Source: Haliotis rufescens
Taxonomy: Eukaryota
Assembly: GCF_023055435.1 (NCBI RefSeq)
Contig: NW_025963779.1
Location: 36,270,001-36,334,000, forward strand
Length of the DNA: 64,000 bases
Direction of reading: 5' to 3'
Shown here: one piece after another, positions 12,782 through 28,059 of the stretch
How positions within the stretch are numbered: position 1 is the first letter of the stretch
Layout of the letters: each line of letters begins with the position of its first letter
Made by a program: the position numbers and the translations under genes
The notes under the pieces: model-generated
What the model was told of the DNA's origin: nothing
Databases searched by the model: none
The model's input: the letters and a program-made list of their open reading frames with translations, nothing else

Positions 12782-13948
12782 GGCAGAGATATAGGCAAGT
12801 TGTATACTTATACCACAGGTTAGTGGCTTGAAATACTCCCATGTGGTTGTGCAATTAGCCGCACAAGGGATATATTTCATGTAACACTGATCAAGTATTA
12901 GTCAATTTGAGGATGGGGCGTCCCGTTTCCGATATTGAAATGAAAACGTCAAAGATTACAAAAATACGGTGAGACATTATTTCAGCTTTAGTCCTAAAAA
13001 TGTAATAAAATGCTTTCTGAGGAAATAGTTATAGTTTAAATCGATGTCATCACGTTTATTTGCATAAACTCGCCATCATTGGGATATCTTGAATGCAAAT
13101 ACATGAACGATTTGACAGCCTGGTTGAAGAAGTTGAATGTAGGTTGAACATGGTTATTTTGAGTGCAAGTGAATCGCAAGAAACGTTCGTGTAGCTGCCA
13201 GTGAAGATATAGAAATGAACACGTACATAAGTAAACAATAATGAAAGTGGATACCCACACGAGACTGGTGTCGTAGTCAATGTAACAATCATTAATGACT
13301 GTTGACTTGATGTTTGATTTAAGCTTTAAGCGTCGTAGTAATGCGGAGAAGTATTTCTACACAATTACGCGGCATTATCATGGGAATGTTTGTTTTTTCA
13401 TGAGGTAACTCAGCGATTAGGGCACTATATGAATGAGTGATTGTTGAAGTTAGGAAAATGATTTCTGACATTTCATGCGAAAAGAAAGTTTAGCATTGTA
13501 AATAGCATGGGACTTGAATACGGTTATAGTTTGTAACATTAGACATCTCTAACTAATTGAGCATTGACACATTATGTACGCTTTTGTTATAGATGCGAGT
13601 AAAGGGTTATCAAGGAACTGCATACTCGTTCGCTTATTCTTTAAATTTGCACTATTCATGGCGATATTTACCTAACACAAGTTGACATTTTAACCTAGAA
13701 TTTGGAAACGTACACAATGAATGAAGACGCTCATGTTGTAAGTAATAACTGGAAAAAGAATCGCGGTTAGAAGAAAAGAATACAAATACTTAACAACAGT
13801 AAATTAAGTGAACATTATAATTTAGATGATATTAAGTGAGACACAGAGAGACACTATCTGTTTGCTCAATAAATGTGTTTTGTCTTGTTAATTTGTAAGA
13901 TGAGATCAAAACATGTGCAACGTATAACTGCCCAAAGGCAAAACTAGG

Positions 13949-14079
13949 AAAAAGGTGAGTATCGAGTTAGCATGGTGGTATCCCCGCGGTTCGACCGAGG
14001 TTTCCCCAACGAGGATAGATCCAATGCTTTAGGCTCAGTGGAAAGAAGTCAATCAAACCCACCATGCCACGGCTCACCC
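13949..14079 (-). ncRNA. Type A copy
   Basis: Same core. Confidence 0.65.
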
Positions 14080-14977
14080 GGCAGAGATACATGCAAGTTC
14101 TATACTTATACCACAGGTTATTGGCTTGAAATACTCCCATGTGGTTGTGCAATTGACTGTGAAAGGGAGACAACTCCTGTATCCTTATAGTCAACAAACC
14201 AGTTGTTGGAAGATCGTGTGTCCTATGTTGGATGGTTATGCAAAATACACAATCGTAATGATATAAGGATAAATCACATTTCATTGAAAGTTGGACAAAT
14301 TGAATAAAATGCTCTCTGGGGAAACTATTTTAGTTTAAATCTATACCATCATGTTTACTTGAATTAACTCCATATCATTGTGATCTCGCGGTGCACAATC
14401 ATGGAAGTTTTATCAGCCTGGTTGAATACGCTGAATGTGGGTTGAACATGCTTATTTATATTGCAACTGAATTCTAGGAAATATGCACGAACGTGGCTGC
14501 CAATGGAGACGTAGAAAAGGACATGTAAATACAAACAACAATAGGGTGGATGCCCGAAAAAGAAACTCGCTCCCAATGAAAAGTTTTATTTGACTGTTGA
14601 ATGGATGTTTGATGCGAAATAAGGGAGTCTTATATATATATACAGTAACGTGGCATTAAAATGACACTGTCTGTCCCGATGTTGTATTGCAGCGAACATG
14701 GTAATATATAAAGGAATGATTGTCAAAACAAGTTAAACGCAAAAGGATGAAACGCATCTAATGGGTGAAAGCATTTTCTAGTGTGTGCCATTGATGAGAA
14801 AAAACAACATTCATCGGACATATACAATACTAAATACCGGTAAGTCAAGTGGAAATGTTATTTTAGATGATAGTTAATCATTCTTTCTGTCTGCTAAATA
14901 AATATTTTTTGTCTTGTTAATTTGTAAGTTGAAATCAAAACATGTCCAAAGTGGAACTGCCCAAAGGCAAAACAAGG

Positions 14978-15110
14978 AAAAAGGTGAGTATCGAGTTAGC
15001 GTGGTGGTATCCCCGCGGTTCGACCGAGGTTTCCCCAACGAGGATAGATCCAATGCTTTAGGCTCAGTGGAAGTAAGTCAACAATCATCCCACCATGCCA
15101 CGGCTCACCC
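14978..15110 (-). ncRNA. Type B copy
   Basis: Same core. Confidence 0.65.
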
Positions 15111-16278
15111 GGCAGAGATATAGGCAAGTTGTATACTTATACCACAGGTTAGTGGCTTGAAATACTCCCATGTGGTTGTGCAATTAGCCGCACAAGGGAT
15201 ATATTTCATGTAACACTGATCAAGTATTAGTCAATTTGAGGATGGGGCGTCCCGTTTCCGATATTGAAATGAAAACGTCAAAGATTACAAAAATACGGTG
15301 AGACATTATTTCAGCTTTAGTCCTAAAAATGTAATAAAATGCTTTCTGAGGAAATAGTTATAGTTTAAATCGATGTCATCACGTTTATTTGCATAAACTC
15401 GCCATCATTGGGATATCTTGAATGCAAATACATGAACGATTTGACAGCCTGGTTGAAGAAGTTGAATGTAGGTTGAACATGGTTATTTTGAGTGCAAGTG
15501 AATCGCAAGAAACGTTCGTGTAGCTGCCAGTGAAGATATAGAAATGAACACGTACATAAGTAAACAATAATGAAAGTGGATACCCACACGAGACTGGTGT
15601 CGTAGTCAATGTAACAATCATTAATGACTGTTGACTTGATGTTTGATTTAAGCTTTAAGCGTCGTAGTAATGCGGAGAAGTATTTCTACACAATTACGCG
15701 GCATTATCATGGGAATGTTTGTTTTTTCATGAGGTAACTCAGCGATTAGGGCACTATATGAATGAGTGATTGTTGAAGTTAGGAACATGATTTCTGACAT
15801 TTCATGCGAAAAAGAAAGTTTAGCATTGTAAATAGCATGGGACTTGAATACGGTTATAGTTTGTAACATTAGACATCTCTAACTAATTGAGCATTGACAC
15901 ATTATGTACGCTTTTGTTATAGATGCGAGTACAGGGTTATCAAGGAACTGCATACTCGTTCGCTTATTCTTTAAATTTGCACTATTCATGGCGATATTTA
16001 CCTAACACAAGTTGACATTTTAACCTAGAATTTGGAAACGTACACAATGAATGAAGACGCTCATGTTGTAAGTAATAACTGGAAAAAGAATCGCGGTTAG
16101 AAGAAAAGAATACAAATACTTAACAACAGTAAATTAAGTGAACATTATAATTTAGATGATATTAAGTGAGACACAGAGAGACACTATCTGTTTGCTCAAT
16201 AAATGTGTTTTGTCTTGTTAATTTGTAAGATGAGATCAAAACATGTGCAACGTATAACTGCCCAAAGGCAAAACTAGG

Positions 16279-16409
16279 AAAAAGGTGAGTATCGAGTTAG
16301 CATGGTGGTATCCCCGCGGTTCGACCGAGGTTTCCCCAACGAGGATAGATCCAATGCTTTAGGCTCAGTGGAAAGAAGTCAATCAAACCCACCATGCCAC
16401 GGCTCACCC
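16279..16409 (-). ncRNA. Type A copy
   Basis: Same core. Confidence 0.65.
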
Positions 16410-17307
16410 GGCAGAGATACATGCAAGTTCTATACTTATACCACAGGTTATTGGCTTGAAATACTCCCATGTGGTTGTGCAATTGACTGTGAAAGGGAGA
16501 CAACTCCTGTATCCTTATAGTCAACAAACCAGTTGTTGGAAGATCGTGTGTCCTATGTTGGATGGTTATGCAAAATACACAATCGTAATGATATAAGGAT
16601 AAATCACATTTCATTGAAAGTTGGACAAATTGAATAAAATGCTCTCTGGGGAAACTATTTTAGTTTAAATCTATACCATCATGTTTACTTGAATTAACTC
16701 CATATCATTGTGATCTCGCGGTGCACAATCATGGAAGTTTTATCAGCCTGGTTGAATACGCTGAATGTGGGTTGAACATGCTTATTTATATTGCAACTGA
16801 ATTCTAGGAAATATGCACGAACGTGGCTGCCAATGGAGACGTAGAAAAGGACATGTAAATACAAACAACAATAGGGTGGATGCCCGAAAAAGAAACTCGC
16901 TCCCAATGAAAAGTTTTATTTGACTGTTGAATGGATGTTTGATGCGAAATAAGGGAGTCTTATATATATATACAGTAACGTGGCATTAAAATGACACTGT
17001 CTGTCCCGATGTTGTATTGCAGCGAACATTGTAATATATAAAGGAATGATTCTCAAAACAAGTTAAACGCAAAAGGATGAAACGCATCTAATGGGTGAAA
17101 GCATTTTCTAGTGTGTGCCATTGGTGAGAAAAAACAGCATTCATCGGACATATACAATTCTAAATACCGGTAAGTCAAGTGGAAATGTTATTTTAGATGA
17201 TAGTTAATCATTCTTTCTGTCTGCGAAATTAATATTTTTTGTCTTGTTAATTTGTAAGTTGAAATCAAAACATGTCCAAAGTGGAACTGCCCAAAGGCAA
17301 AAATAGG

Positions 17308-17440
17308 AAAAAGGTGAGTATCGAGTTAGCGTGGTGGTATCCCCGCGGTTCGACCGAGGTTTCCCCAACAAGGATAGATCCAATGCTTTAGGCTCAGTGG
17401 AAGTAAGTCAACAATCATCCCACCATGCCACGGCTCACCC
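17308..17440 (-). ncRNA. Type B copy (C-G to U-G variant in helix P3)
   Basis: Same core. Confidence 0.65.
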
Positions 17441-18607
17441 GGCAGAGATACAGGCAAGTTGTATACTTATACCACAGGTTAGTAGCTTGAAATACTCCCA
17501 TGTGGTTGTGCAATTAGCCGCACAAGGGATATAATTCATGTAGCACTGATCAAGTATTAGTCAATTTGAGGATGGGCGTCCCGTTTCCGATATTGAAATG
17601 AAAACGTCAAAGATTACAAAAATACGGTGAGACATTATTTCAGCTTTAGTCCTAAAAATGTAATAAAATGCTTTCTGAGGAAATAGTTATAGTTTAAATC
17701 GATGTCATCACGTTTATTTGCATAAACTCGCCATCATTGGGATATCTTGAATGCAAATACATGAACGATTTGACAGCCTGGTTGAAGAAGTTGAATGTAG
17801 GTTGAACATGGTTATTTTGAGTGCAAGTGAATCGCAAGAAACGTTCGTGTAGCTGCCAGTGAAGATATAGAAATGAACACGTACATAAGTAAACAATAAT
17901 GAAAGTGGATACCCACACGAGACTGGTGTCGTAGTCAATGTAACAATCATTAATGACTGTTGACTTGATGTTTGATTTAAGCTTTAAGCGTCGTAGTAAT
18001 GCGGAGAAGTATTTCTACACAATTACGCGGCATTATCATGGGAATGTTTGTTTTTTCATGAGGAAACTCAGCGATTAGGGAACTATATGAATGAGTGATT
18101 GTTGAAGTTAGGAAAATGATTTCTGACATTTCATGCGAAAAAGAAAGTTTAGCATTGTAAATAGCATGGGACTTGAATACGGTTATAGTTTGTAACATTA
18201 GACATCTCTAACTAATTGAACATTGACACATTATGTACGCTTTTGTTATAGATGCGAGTAAAGGGTTATCAAGGAACTGCATACTCGTTCGCTTATTCTT
18301 TAAATTTGCACTATTCATGGCGAAATTTACCTAACACAAGTTGACATTTTAACCTAGAATTTGGAAACGTACACAATGAATGAAGACGCTCATGTTGTAA
18401 GTAATAACTGGAAAAAGAATCGCGGTTAGAAGAAAAGAATACAAATACTTAACAACAGTAAATTAAGTGAACATTATAATTTAGATGATATTAAGTGAGA
18501 CACAGAGAGACACTATCTGTTTGCTCAATAAATGTGTTTTGTATTGTTAAATTGTAAGATGAGATCAAAACATGTGCAACGTATAACTGCCCAAAGGCAA
18601 AACTAGG

Positions 18608-18738
18608 AAAAAGGTGAGTATCGAGTAAGCATGGTGGTATCCCCGCGGTTCGACCGAGGTTTCCCCAACGAGGATAGATCCAATGCTTTAGGCTCAGTGG
18701 AAAGAAGTCAATCAAACCCACCATGCCACGGCTCACCC
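18608..18738 (-). ncRNA. Type A copy
   Basis: Same core; gagtaagc variant. Confidence 0.65.
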
Positions 18739-19637
18739 GGCAGAGAGACATGCAAGTTCTATACTTATACCACAGGTTATTGGCTTGAAATACTCCCATG
18801 TGGTTGTGCAATTGACTGTGAAAGGGAGACAACTCCTGTATCCTTATAGTCAACGAACCAGTTGTTGGAAGACCGTGTGTCCTATGTTGGATGGTTATGC
18901 AAAAATACACAATCGTAATGATATAAGGATCAATCACATTTCATTGAAAGTTGGACAAATTGAATAAAATGCTTTCTGGGGAAACTATTTTAGTTTAAAT
19001 CTATACCATCATGTTTACTTGAATTAACTCCACATCATTGTGATCTCCTGGTGCACATTCATGGAAGTTTTATCAGCCTGGTTGAATACGCTGAATGTGG
19101 GTTGAACATGCTTATTTATATTGCAACTGAATTCTAGGAAATATGCACGAACGTGGCTGCCAATGGAGACGTAGAAAAAGACATGTAAATACAAACAACA
19201 ATAGGGTGGATGCCCGAAAAAGAAACTCGCTCCCAATGAAAAGTTTTATTTGACTGTTGAATGGATGTTTGATGCGAAATAAGGGAGTCTTATATATATA
19301 TACAGTAACGTGGCATTAAAATGACACTGTCTGTCCCGATGTTGTATTGCAGCGAACATTGTAATATATAAAGGAATGATTCTCAAAACAAGTTAAACGC
19401 AAAAGGATGAAACGCATCTAATGGGTGAAAGCATTTTCTAGTGTGTGCCATTGATGAGAAAAAACAGCATTCATCGGACATATACAATTCTAAATACCGG
19501 TAAGTCAAGTGGAAATGTTATTTAAGATGATAGTTAATCATTCTTTCTGTCTGCGAAATTAATATTTTTTGTCTTGTTAATTTGTAAGTTGAAATCAAAA
19601 CATGTCCAAAGTGGAACTGCCCAAAGGCAAAAATAGG

Positions 19638-19770
19638 AAAAAGGTGAGTATCGAGTTAGCGTGGTGGTATCCCCGCGGTTCGACCGAGGTTTCCCCAACA
19701 AGGATAGATCCAATGCTTTAGGCTCAGTGGAAGTAAGTCAACAATCATCCCACCATGCCACGGCTCACCC
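19638..19770 (-). ncRNA. Type B copy (P3 U-G variant)
   Basis: Same core. Confidence 0.65.
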
Positions 19771-20938
19771 GGCAGAGATACAGGCAAGTTGTATACTTAT
19801 ACCACAGGTTAGTAGCTTGAAATACTCCCATGTGGTTGTGCAATTAGCCGCACAAGGGATATAATTCACGTAGCACTGATCAAGTATTAGTCAATTTGAG
19901 GATGGGGCGTCCCGTTTCCGATATTGAAATGAAAACGTCAAAGATAACCAAAATACGGTGAGACATTATTTCAGCTTTAGTCCTAAAAATGTAATAAAAT
20001 GCTTTCTGAGGAAATAGTTATAGTTTAAATCGATGTCATCCCGTTTATTTGCATAAACTCGCCATCATTGGGATATCTTGAATGCAAATACATGAACGAT
20101 TTGACAGCCTGGTTGAAGAAGTTGAATGTAGGTTGAACATGGTTATTTTGAGTGCAAGTGAATCGCAAGAAACGTTCGTGTAGCTGCCAGTGAAGATATA
20201 GAAATGAACACGTACATAAGTAAACAATAATGAAAGTGGATACCCACACGAGACTGGTGTCGTAGTCAATGTAACAATCATTAATGACTGTTGACTTGAT
20301 GTTTGATTTAAGCTTTAAGCGTCGTAGTAATGCGGAGAAGTATTTCTACACAATTACGCGGCATTATCATGGGAATGTTTGTTTTTTCATGAGGTAACTC
20401 AGCGATTAGGGCACTATATGAATGAGTGATTGTTGAAGTTAGGAACATGATTTCTGACATTTCATGCGAAAAAGAAAGTTTAGCATTGTAAATAGCATGG
20501 GACTTGAATACGGTTATAGTTTGTAACATTAGACATCTCTAACTAATTGAACATTGACACATTATGTACGCTTTTGTTATAGATGCGAGTAAAGGGTTAT
20601 CAAGGAACTGCATACTCGTTCGCTTATTCTTTAAATTTGCACTATTCATGGCGATATTTACCTAACACAAGTTGACATTTTAACCTAGAATTTGGAAACG
20701 TACACAATGAATGAAGACGCTCATGTTGTAAGTAATAACTGGAAAAAGAATCGCGGTTAGAAGAAAAGAATACAAATACTTAACAACAGTAAATTAAGTG
20801 AACATTATAATTTAGATGATATTAAGTGAGACACAGAGAGACACTATCTGTTTGCTCAATAAATGTGTTTTGTCTTGTTAATTTGTAAGATGAGATCAAA
20901 ACATGTGCAACGTATAACTGCCCAAAGGCAAAACTAGG

Positions 20939-21069
20939 AAAAAGGTGAGTATCGAGTTAGCATGGTGGTATCCCCGCGGTTCGACCGAGGTTTCCCCAAC
21001 GAGGATAGATCCAATGCTTTAGGCTCAGTGGAAAGAAGTCAATCAAACCCACCATGCCACGGCTCACCC
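20939..21069 (-). ncRNA. Type A copy
   Basis: Same core. Confidence 0.65.
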
Positions 21070-21968
21070 GGCAGAGATACATGCAAGTTCTATACTTATA
21101 CCACAGGTTATTGGCTTGAAATACTCCCATGTGGTTGTGCAATTGACTGTGAAAGGGAGACAACTCCTGTATCCTTATAGTCAACGAACCAGTTGTTGAA
21201 AGACCGTCTGTCCTATGTTGGATGGTTATGCAAAATACACAATCGTAATGATATAAGGATAAATCACATTTCATTGAAAGTTGGACAAATTGAATAAAAT
21301 GCTCTCTGGGGAAACTATTTTAGTTTAAATCTATACCATCATGTTTACTTGAATTAACTCCACATCATTGTGATCTCGCGGTGCACATTCATGGAAGTTT
21401 TATCAGCCTGGTTGAATACGCTGAATGTGGGTTGAACATGCTTATTTATATTGCAACTGAATTCTAGGAAATATGCACGAACGTGGCTGCCAATGGAGAC
21501 GTAGAAAAGGACATGTAAATACAAACAACAATAGGGTGGATGCCCGAAAAAGAAACTCGCTCCTAATGTAAAAGTTTTATTTGACTGTTGAATGGATGTT
21601 TGATGCGAAATAAGGGAGTCTTATATATATATACAGTAACGTGGCATTAAAATGACACTGTCTGTCCCGATGTTGTATTGCAGCGAACATTGTAATATAT
21701 AAAGGAATGATTGTCAAAACAAGTTAAACGCAAAAGGATGAAACGCATCTAATGGGTGAAAGCATTTTCTAGTGTGTGCCATTGATGAGAAAAAACAACA
21801 TTCATCGGACATATACAATACTAAATACCGGTAAGTCAAGTGGAAATGTTATTTTAGATGATAGTTAATCATTCTTTCTGTCTGCTAAATAAATATTTTT
21901 TGTCTTGTTAATTTGTAAGTTGAAATCAAAACATGTCCAAAGTGGAACTGCCCAAAGGCAAAACTAGG

Positions 21969-22101
21969 AAAAAGGTGAGTATCGAGTTAGCGTGGTGGTA
22001 TCCCCGCGGTTCGACCGAGGTTTCCCCAACGAGGATAGATCCAATGCTTTAGGCTCAGTGGAAGTAAGTCAACAATCATCCCACCATGCCACGGCTCACC
22101 C
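21969..22101 (-). ncRNA. Type B copy
   Basis: Same core. Confidence 0.65.
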
Positions 22102-23269
22102 GGCAGAGATATAGGCAAGTTGTATACTTATACCACAGGTTAGTGGCTTGAAATACTCCCATGTGGTTGTGCAATTAGCCGCACAAGGGATATATTTAAT
22201 GTAACACTGATCAAGTATTAGTCAATTTGAGGATGGGGCGTCCCGTTTCCGATATTGAAATGAAAACGTCAAAGATTACAAAAATACGGTGAGACATTAT
22301 TTCAGCTTTAGTCCTAAAAATGTAATAAAATGCTTTCTGAGGAAATAGTTATAGTTTAAATCGATGTCATCACGTTTATTTGCATAAACTCGCCATCATT
22401 GGGATATCTTGAATGCAAATACATGAACGATTTGACAGCCTGGTTGAAGAAGTTGAATGTAGGTTGAACATGGTTATTTTGAGTGCAAGTGAATCGCAAG
22501 AAACGTTCGTGTAGCTGCCAGTGAAGATATAGAAATGAACACGTACATAAGTAAACAATAATGAAAGTGGATACCCACACGAGACTGGTGTCGTAGTCAA
22601 TGTAACAATCATTAATGACTGTTGACTTGATGTTTGATTTAAGCTTTAAGCGTCGTAGTAATGCGGAGAAGTATTTCTACACAATTACGCGGCATTATCA
22701 TGGGAATGTTTGTTTTTTCATGAGGTAACTCAGCGATTAGGGCACTATATGAATGAGTGATTGTTGAAGTTAGGAACATGATTTCTGACATTTCATGCGA
22801 AAAAGAAAGTTTAGCATTGTAAATAGCATGGGACTTGAATACGGTTATAGTTTGTAACATTAGACATCTCTAACTAATTGAGCATTGACACATTATGTAC
22901 GCTTTTGTTATAGATGCGAGTAAAGGGTTATCAAGGAACTGCATACTCGTTCGCTTATTCTTTAAATTTGCACTATTCATGGCGATATTTACCTAACACA
23001 AGTTGACATTTTAACCTAGAATTTGGAAACGTACACAATGAATGAAGACGCTCATGTTGTAAGTAATAACTGGAAAAAGAATCGCGGTTAGAAGAAAAGA
23101 ATACAAATACTTAACAACAGTAAATTAAGTGAACATTATAATTTAGATGATATTAAGTGAGACACAGAGAGACACTATCTGTTTGCTCAATAAATGTGTT
23201 TTGTCTTGTTAATTTGTAAGATGAGATCAAAACATGTGCAACGTATAACTGCCCAAAGGCAAAACTAGG

Positions 23270-23400
23270 AAAAAGGTGAGTATCGAGTAAGCATGGTGGT
23301 ATCCCCGCGGTTCGACCGAGGTTTCCCCAACGAGGATAGATCCAATGCTTTAGGCTCAGTGGAAAGAAGTCAATCAAACCCACCATGCCACGGCTCACCC
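23270..23400 (-). ncRNA. Type A copy
   Basis: Same core; gagtaagc variant. Confidence 0.65.
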
Positions 23401-24298
23401 GGCAGAGATACATGCAAGTTCTATACTTATACCACAGGTTATTGGCTTGAAATACTCCCATGTGGTTGTGCAATTGACTGTGAAAGGGAGACAACTCCTG
23501 TATCCTTATAGTCAACAAACCATTTGTTGGAAGATCGTGTGTCCTATGTTGGATGGTTATGCAAAATACACAATCGTAATGATATAAGGATAAATCACAT
23601 TTCATTGAAAGTTGGACAAATTGAATAAAATGCTCTCTGGGGAAACTATTTTAGTTTAAATCTATACCATCATGTTTACTTGAATTAACTCCACATCATT
23701 GTGATCTCCTGGTGCACATTCATGGAAGTTTTATCAGCCTGGTTGAATACGCTGAATGTGGGTTGAACATGCTTATTTATATTGCAACTGAATTCTAGGA
23801 AATATGCACGAACGTGGCTGCCAATGGAGACGTAGAAAAAGACATGTAAATACAAACAACAATAGGGTGGATGCCCGAAAAAGAAACTCGCTCCCAATGA
23901 AAAGTTTTATTTGACTGTTGAATGGATGTTTGATGCGAAATAAGGGAGTCTTATATATATATACAGTAACGTGGCATTAAAATGACACTGTCTGTCCCGA
24001 TGTTGTATTGCAGCGAACATTGTAATATATAAAGGAATGATTCTCAAAACAAGTTAAACGCAAAAGGATGAAACGCATCTAATGGGTGAAAGCATTTTCT
24101 AGTGTGTGCCATTGATGAGAAAAAACAGCATTCATCGGACATATACAATTCTAAATACCGGTAAGTCAAGTGGAAATGTTATTTAAGATGATAGTTAATC
24201 ATTCTTTCTGTCTGCGAAATTAATATTTTTTGTCTTGTTAATTTGTAAGTTGAAATCAAAACATGTCCAAAGTGGAACTGCCCAAAGGCAAAAATAGG

Positions 24299-24431
24299 AA
24301 AAAGGTGAGTATCGAGTTAGCGTGGTGGTATCCCCGCGGTTCGACCGAGGTTTCCCCAACAAGGATAGATCCAATGCTTTAGGCTCAGTGGAAGTAAGTC
24401 AACAATCATCCCACCATGCCACGGCTCACCC
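24299..24431 (-). ncRNA. Type B copy (P3 U-G variant)
   Basis: Same core. Confidence 0.65.
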
Positions 24432-25599
24432 GGCAGAGATACAGGCAAGTTGTATACTTATACCACAGGTTAGTAGCTTGAAATACTCCCATGTGGTTGT
24501 GCAATTAGCCGCACAAGGGATATAATTCATGTAGCACTGATCAAGTATTAGTCAATTTGAGGATGGGGCGTCCCGTTTCCGATATTGAAATGAAAACGTC
24601 AAAGATAACCAAAATACGGTGAGACATTATTTCAGCTTTAGTCCTAAAAATGTAATAAAATGCTTTCTGAGGAAATAGTTATAGTTTAAATCGATGTCAT
24701 CCCGTTTATTTGCATAAACTCGCCATCATTGGGATATCTTGAATGCAAATACATGAACGATTTGACAGCCTGGTTGAAGAAGTTGAATGTAGGTTGAACA
24801 TGGTTATTTTGAGTGCAAGTGAATCGCAAGAAACGTTCGTGTAGCTGCCAGTGAAGATATAGAAATGAACACGTACATAAGTAAACAATAATGAAAGTGG
24901 ATACCCACACGAGACTGGTGTCGTAGTCAATGTAACAATCATTAATGACTGTTGACTTGATGTTTGATTTAAGCTTTAAGCGTCGTAGTAATGCGGAGAA
25001 GTATTTCTACACAATTACGCGGCATTATCATGGGAATGTTTGTTTTTTCATGAGGTAACTCAGCGATTAGGGCACTATATGAATGAGTGATTGTTGAAGT
25101 TAGGAACATGATTTCTGACATTTCATGCGAAAAAGAAAGTTTAGCATTGTAAATAGCATGGGACTTGAATACGGTTATAGTTTGTAACATTAGACATCTC
25201 TAACTAATTGAACATTGACACATTATGTACGCTTTTGTTATAGATGCGAGTAAAGGGTTATCAAGGAACTGCATACTCGTTCGCTTATTCTTTAAATTTG
25301 CACTATTCATGGCGATATTTACCTAACACAAGTTGACATTTTAACCTAGAATTTGGAAACGTACACAATGAATGAAGACGCTCATGTTGTAAGTAATAAC
25401 TGGAAAAAGAATCGCGGTTAGAAGAAAAGAATACAAATACTTAACAACAGTAAATTAAGTGAACATTATAATTTAGATGATATTAAGTGAGACACAGAGA
25501 GACACTATCTGTTTGCTCAATAAATGTGTTTTGTCTTGTTAATTTGTAAGATGAGATCAAAACATGTGCAACGTATAACTGCCCAAAGGCAAAACTAGG

Positions 25600-25730
25600 A
25601 AAAAGGTGAGTATCGAGTTAGCATGGTGGTATCCCCGCGGTTCGACCGAGGTTTCCCCAACGAGGATAGATCCAATGCTTTAGGCTCAGTGGAAAGAAGT
25701 CAATCAAACCCACCATGCCACGGCTCACCC
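25600..25730 (-). ncRNA. Type A copy
   Basis: Same core. Confidence 0.65.
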
Positions 25731-26628
25731 GGCAGAGATACATGCAAGTTCTATACTTATACCACAGGTTATTGGCTTGAAATACTCCCATGTGGTTGTG
25801 CAATTGACTGTGAAAGGGAGACAACTCCTGTATCCTTATAGTCAACAAACCAGTTGTTGGAAGATCGTGTGTCCTATGTTGGATGGTTATGCAAAATACA
25901 CAATCGTAATGATATAAGGATAAATCACATTTCATTGAAAGTTGGACAAATTGAATAAAATGCTCTCTGGGGAAACTATTTTAGTTTAAATCTATACCAT
26001 CATGTTTACTTGAATTAACTCCATATCATTGTGATCTCGCGGTGCACAATCATGGAAGTTTTATCAGCCTGGTTGAATACGCTGAATGTGGGTTGAACAT
26101 GCTTATTTATATTGCAACTGAATTCTAGGAAATATGCACGAACGTGGCTGCCAATGGAGACGTAGAAAAGGACATGTAAATACAAACAACAATAGGGTGG
26201 ATGCCCGAAAAAGAAACTCGCTCCCAATGAAAAGTTTTATTTGACTGTTGAATGGATGTTTGATGCGAAATAAGGGAGTCTTATATATATATACAGTAAC
26301 GTGGCATTAAAATGACACTGTCTGTCCCGATGTTGTATTGCAGCGAACATTGTAATATATAAAGGAATGATTCTCAAAACAAGTTAAACGCAAAAGGATG
26401 AAACGCATCTAATGGGTGAAAGCATTTTCTAGTGTGTGCCATTGATGAGAAAAAACAGCATTCATCGGACATATACAATTCTAAATACCGGTAAGTCAAG
26501 TGGAAATGTTATTTTAGATGATAGTTAATCATTCTTTCTGTCTGCGAAATTAATATTTTTTGTCTTGTTAATTTGTAAGTTGAAATCAAAACATGTCCAA
26601 AGTGGAACTGCCCAAAGGCAAAAATAGG

Positions 26629-26761
26629 AAAAAGGTGAGTATCGAGTTAGCGTGGTGGTATCCCCGCGGTTCGACCGAGGTTTCCCCAACAAGGATAGAT
26701 CCAATGCTTTAGGCTCAGTGGAAGTAAGTCAACAATCATCCCACCATGCCACGGCTCACCC
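26629..26761 (-). ncRNA. Type B copy (P3 U-G variant)
   Basis: Same core. Confidence 0.65.
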
Positions 26762-27928
26762 GGCAGAGATACAGGCAAGTTGTATACTTATACCACAGGT
26801 TAGTAGCTTGAAATACTCCCATGTGGTTGTGCAATTAGCCGCACAAGGGATATAATTCATGTAGCACTGATCAAGTATTAGTCAATTTGAGGATGGGCGT
26901 CCCGTTTCCGATATTGAAATGAAAACGTCAAAGATTACAAAAATACGGTGAGACATTATTTCAGCTTTAGTCCTAAAAATGTAATAAAATGCTTTCTGAG
27001 GAAATAGTTATAGTTTAAATCGATGTCATCACGTTTATTTGCATAAACTCGCCATCATTGGGATATCTTGAATGCAAATACATGAACGATTTGACAGCCT
27101 GGTTGAAGAAGTTGAATGTAGGTTGAACATGGTTATTTTGAGTGCAAGTGAATCGCAAGAAACGTTCGTGTAGCTGCCAGTGAAGATATAGAAATGAACA
27201 CGTACATAAGTAAACAATAATGAAAGTGGATACCCACACGAGACTGGTGTCGTAGTCAATGTAACAATCATTAATGACTGTTGACTTGATGTTTGATTTA
27301 AGCTTTAAGCGTCGTAGTAATGCGGAGAAGTATTTCTACACAATTACGCGGCATTATCATGGGAATGTTTGTTTTTTCATGAGGAAACTCAGCGATTAGG
27401 GCACTATATGAATGAGTGATTGTTGAAGTTAGGAAAATGATTTCTGACATTTCATGCGAAAAAGAAAGTTTAGCATTGTAAATAGCATGGGACTTGAATA
27501 CGGTTATAGTTTGTAACATTAGACATCTCTAACTAATTGAACATTGACACATTATGTACGCTTTTGTTATAGATGCGAGTAAAGGGTTATCAAGGAACTG
27601 CATACTCGTTCGCTTATTCTTTAAATTTGCACTATTCATGGCGAAATTTACCTAACACAAGTTGACATTTTAACCTAGAATTTGGAAACGTACACAATGA
27701 ATGAAGACGCTCATATTGTAAGTAATAACTGGAAAAAGAATCGCGGTTAGAAGAAAAGAATACAAATACTTAACAACAGTAAATTAAGTGAACATTATAA
27801 TTTAGATGATATTAAGTGAGACACAGAGAGACACTATCTGTTTGCTCAATAAATGTGTTTTGTATTGTTAAATTGTAAGATGAGATCAAAACATGGGCAA
27901 CGTATAACTGCCTAAAGGCAAAACTAGG

Positions 27929-28059
27929 AAAAAGGTGAGTATCGAGTAAGCATGGTGGTATCCCCGCGGTTCGACCGAGGTTTCCCCAACGAGGATAGAT
28001 CCAATGCTTTAGGCTCAGTGGAAAGAAGTCAATCAAACCCACCATGCCACGGCTCACCC
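27929..28059 (-). ncRNA. Type A copy
   Basis: Same core; gagtaagc variant. Confidence 0.65.
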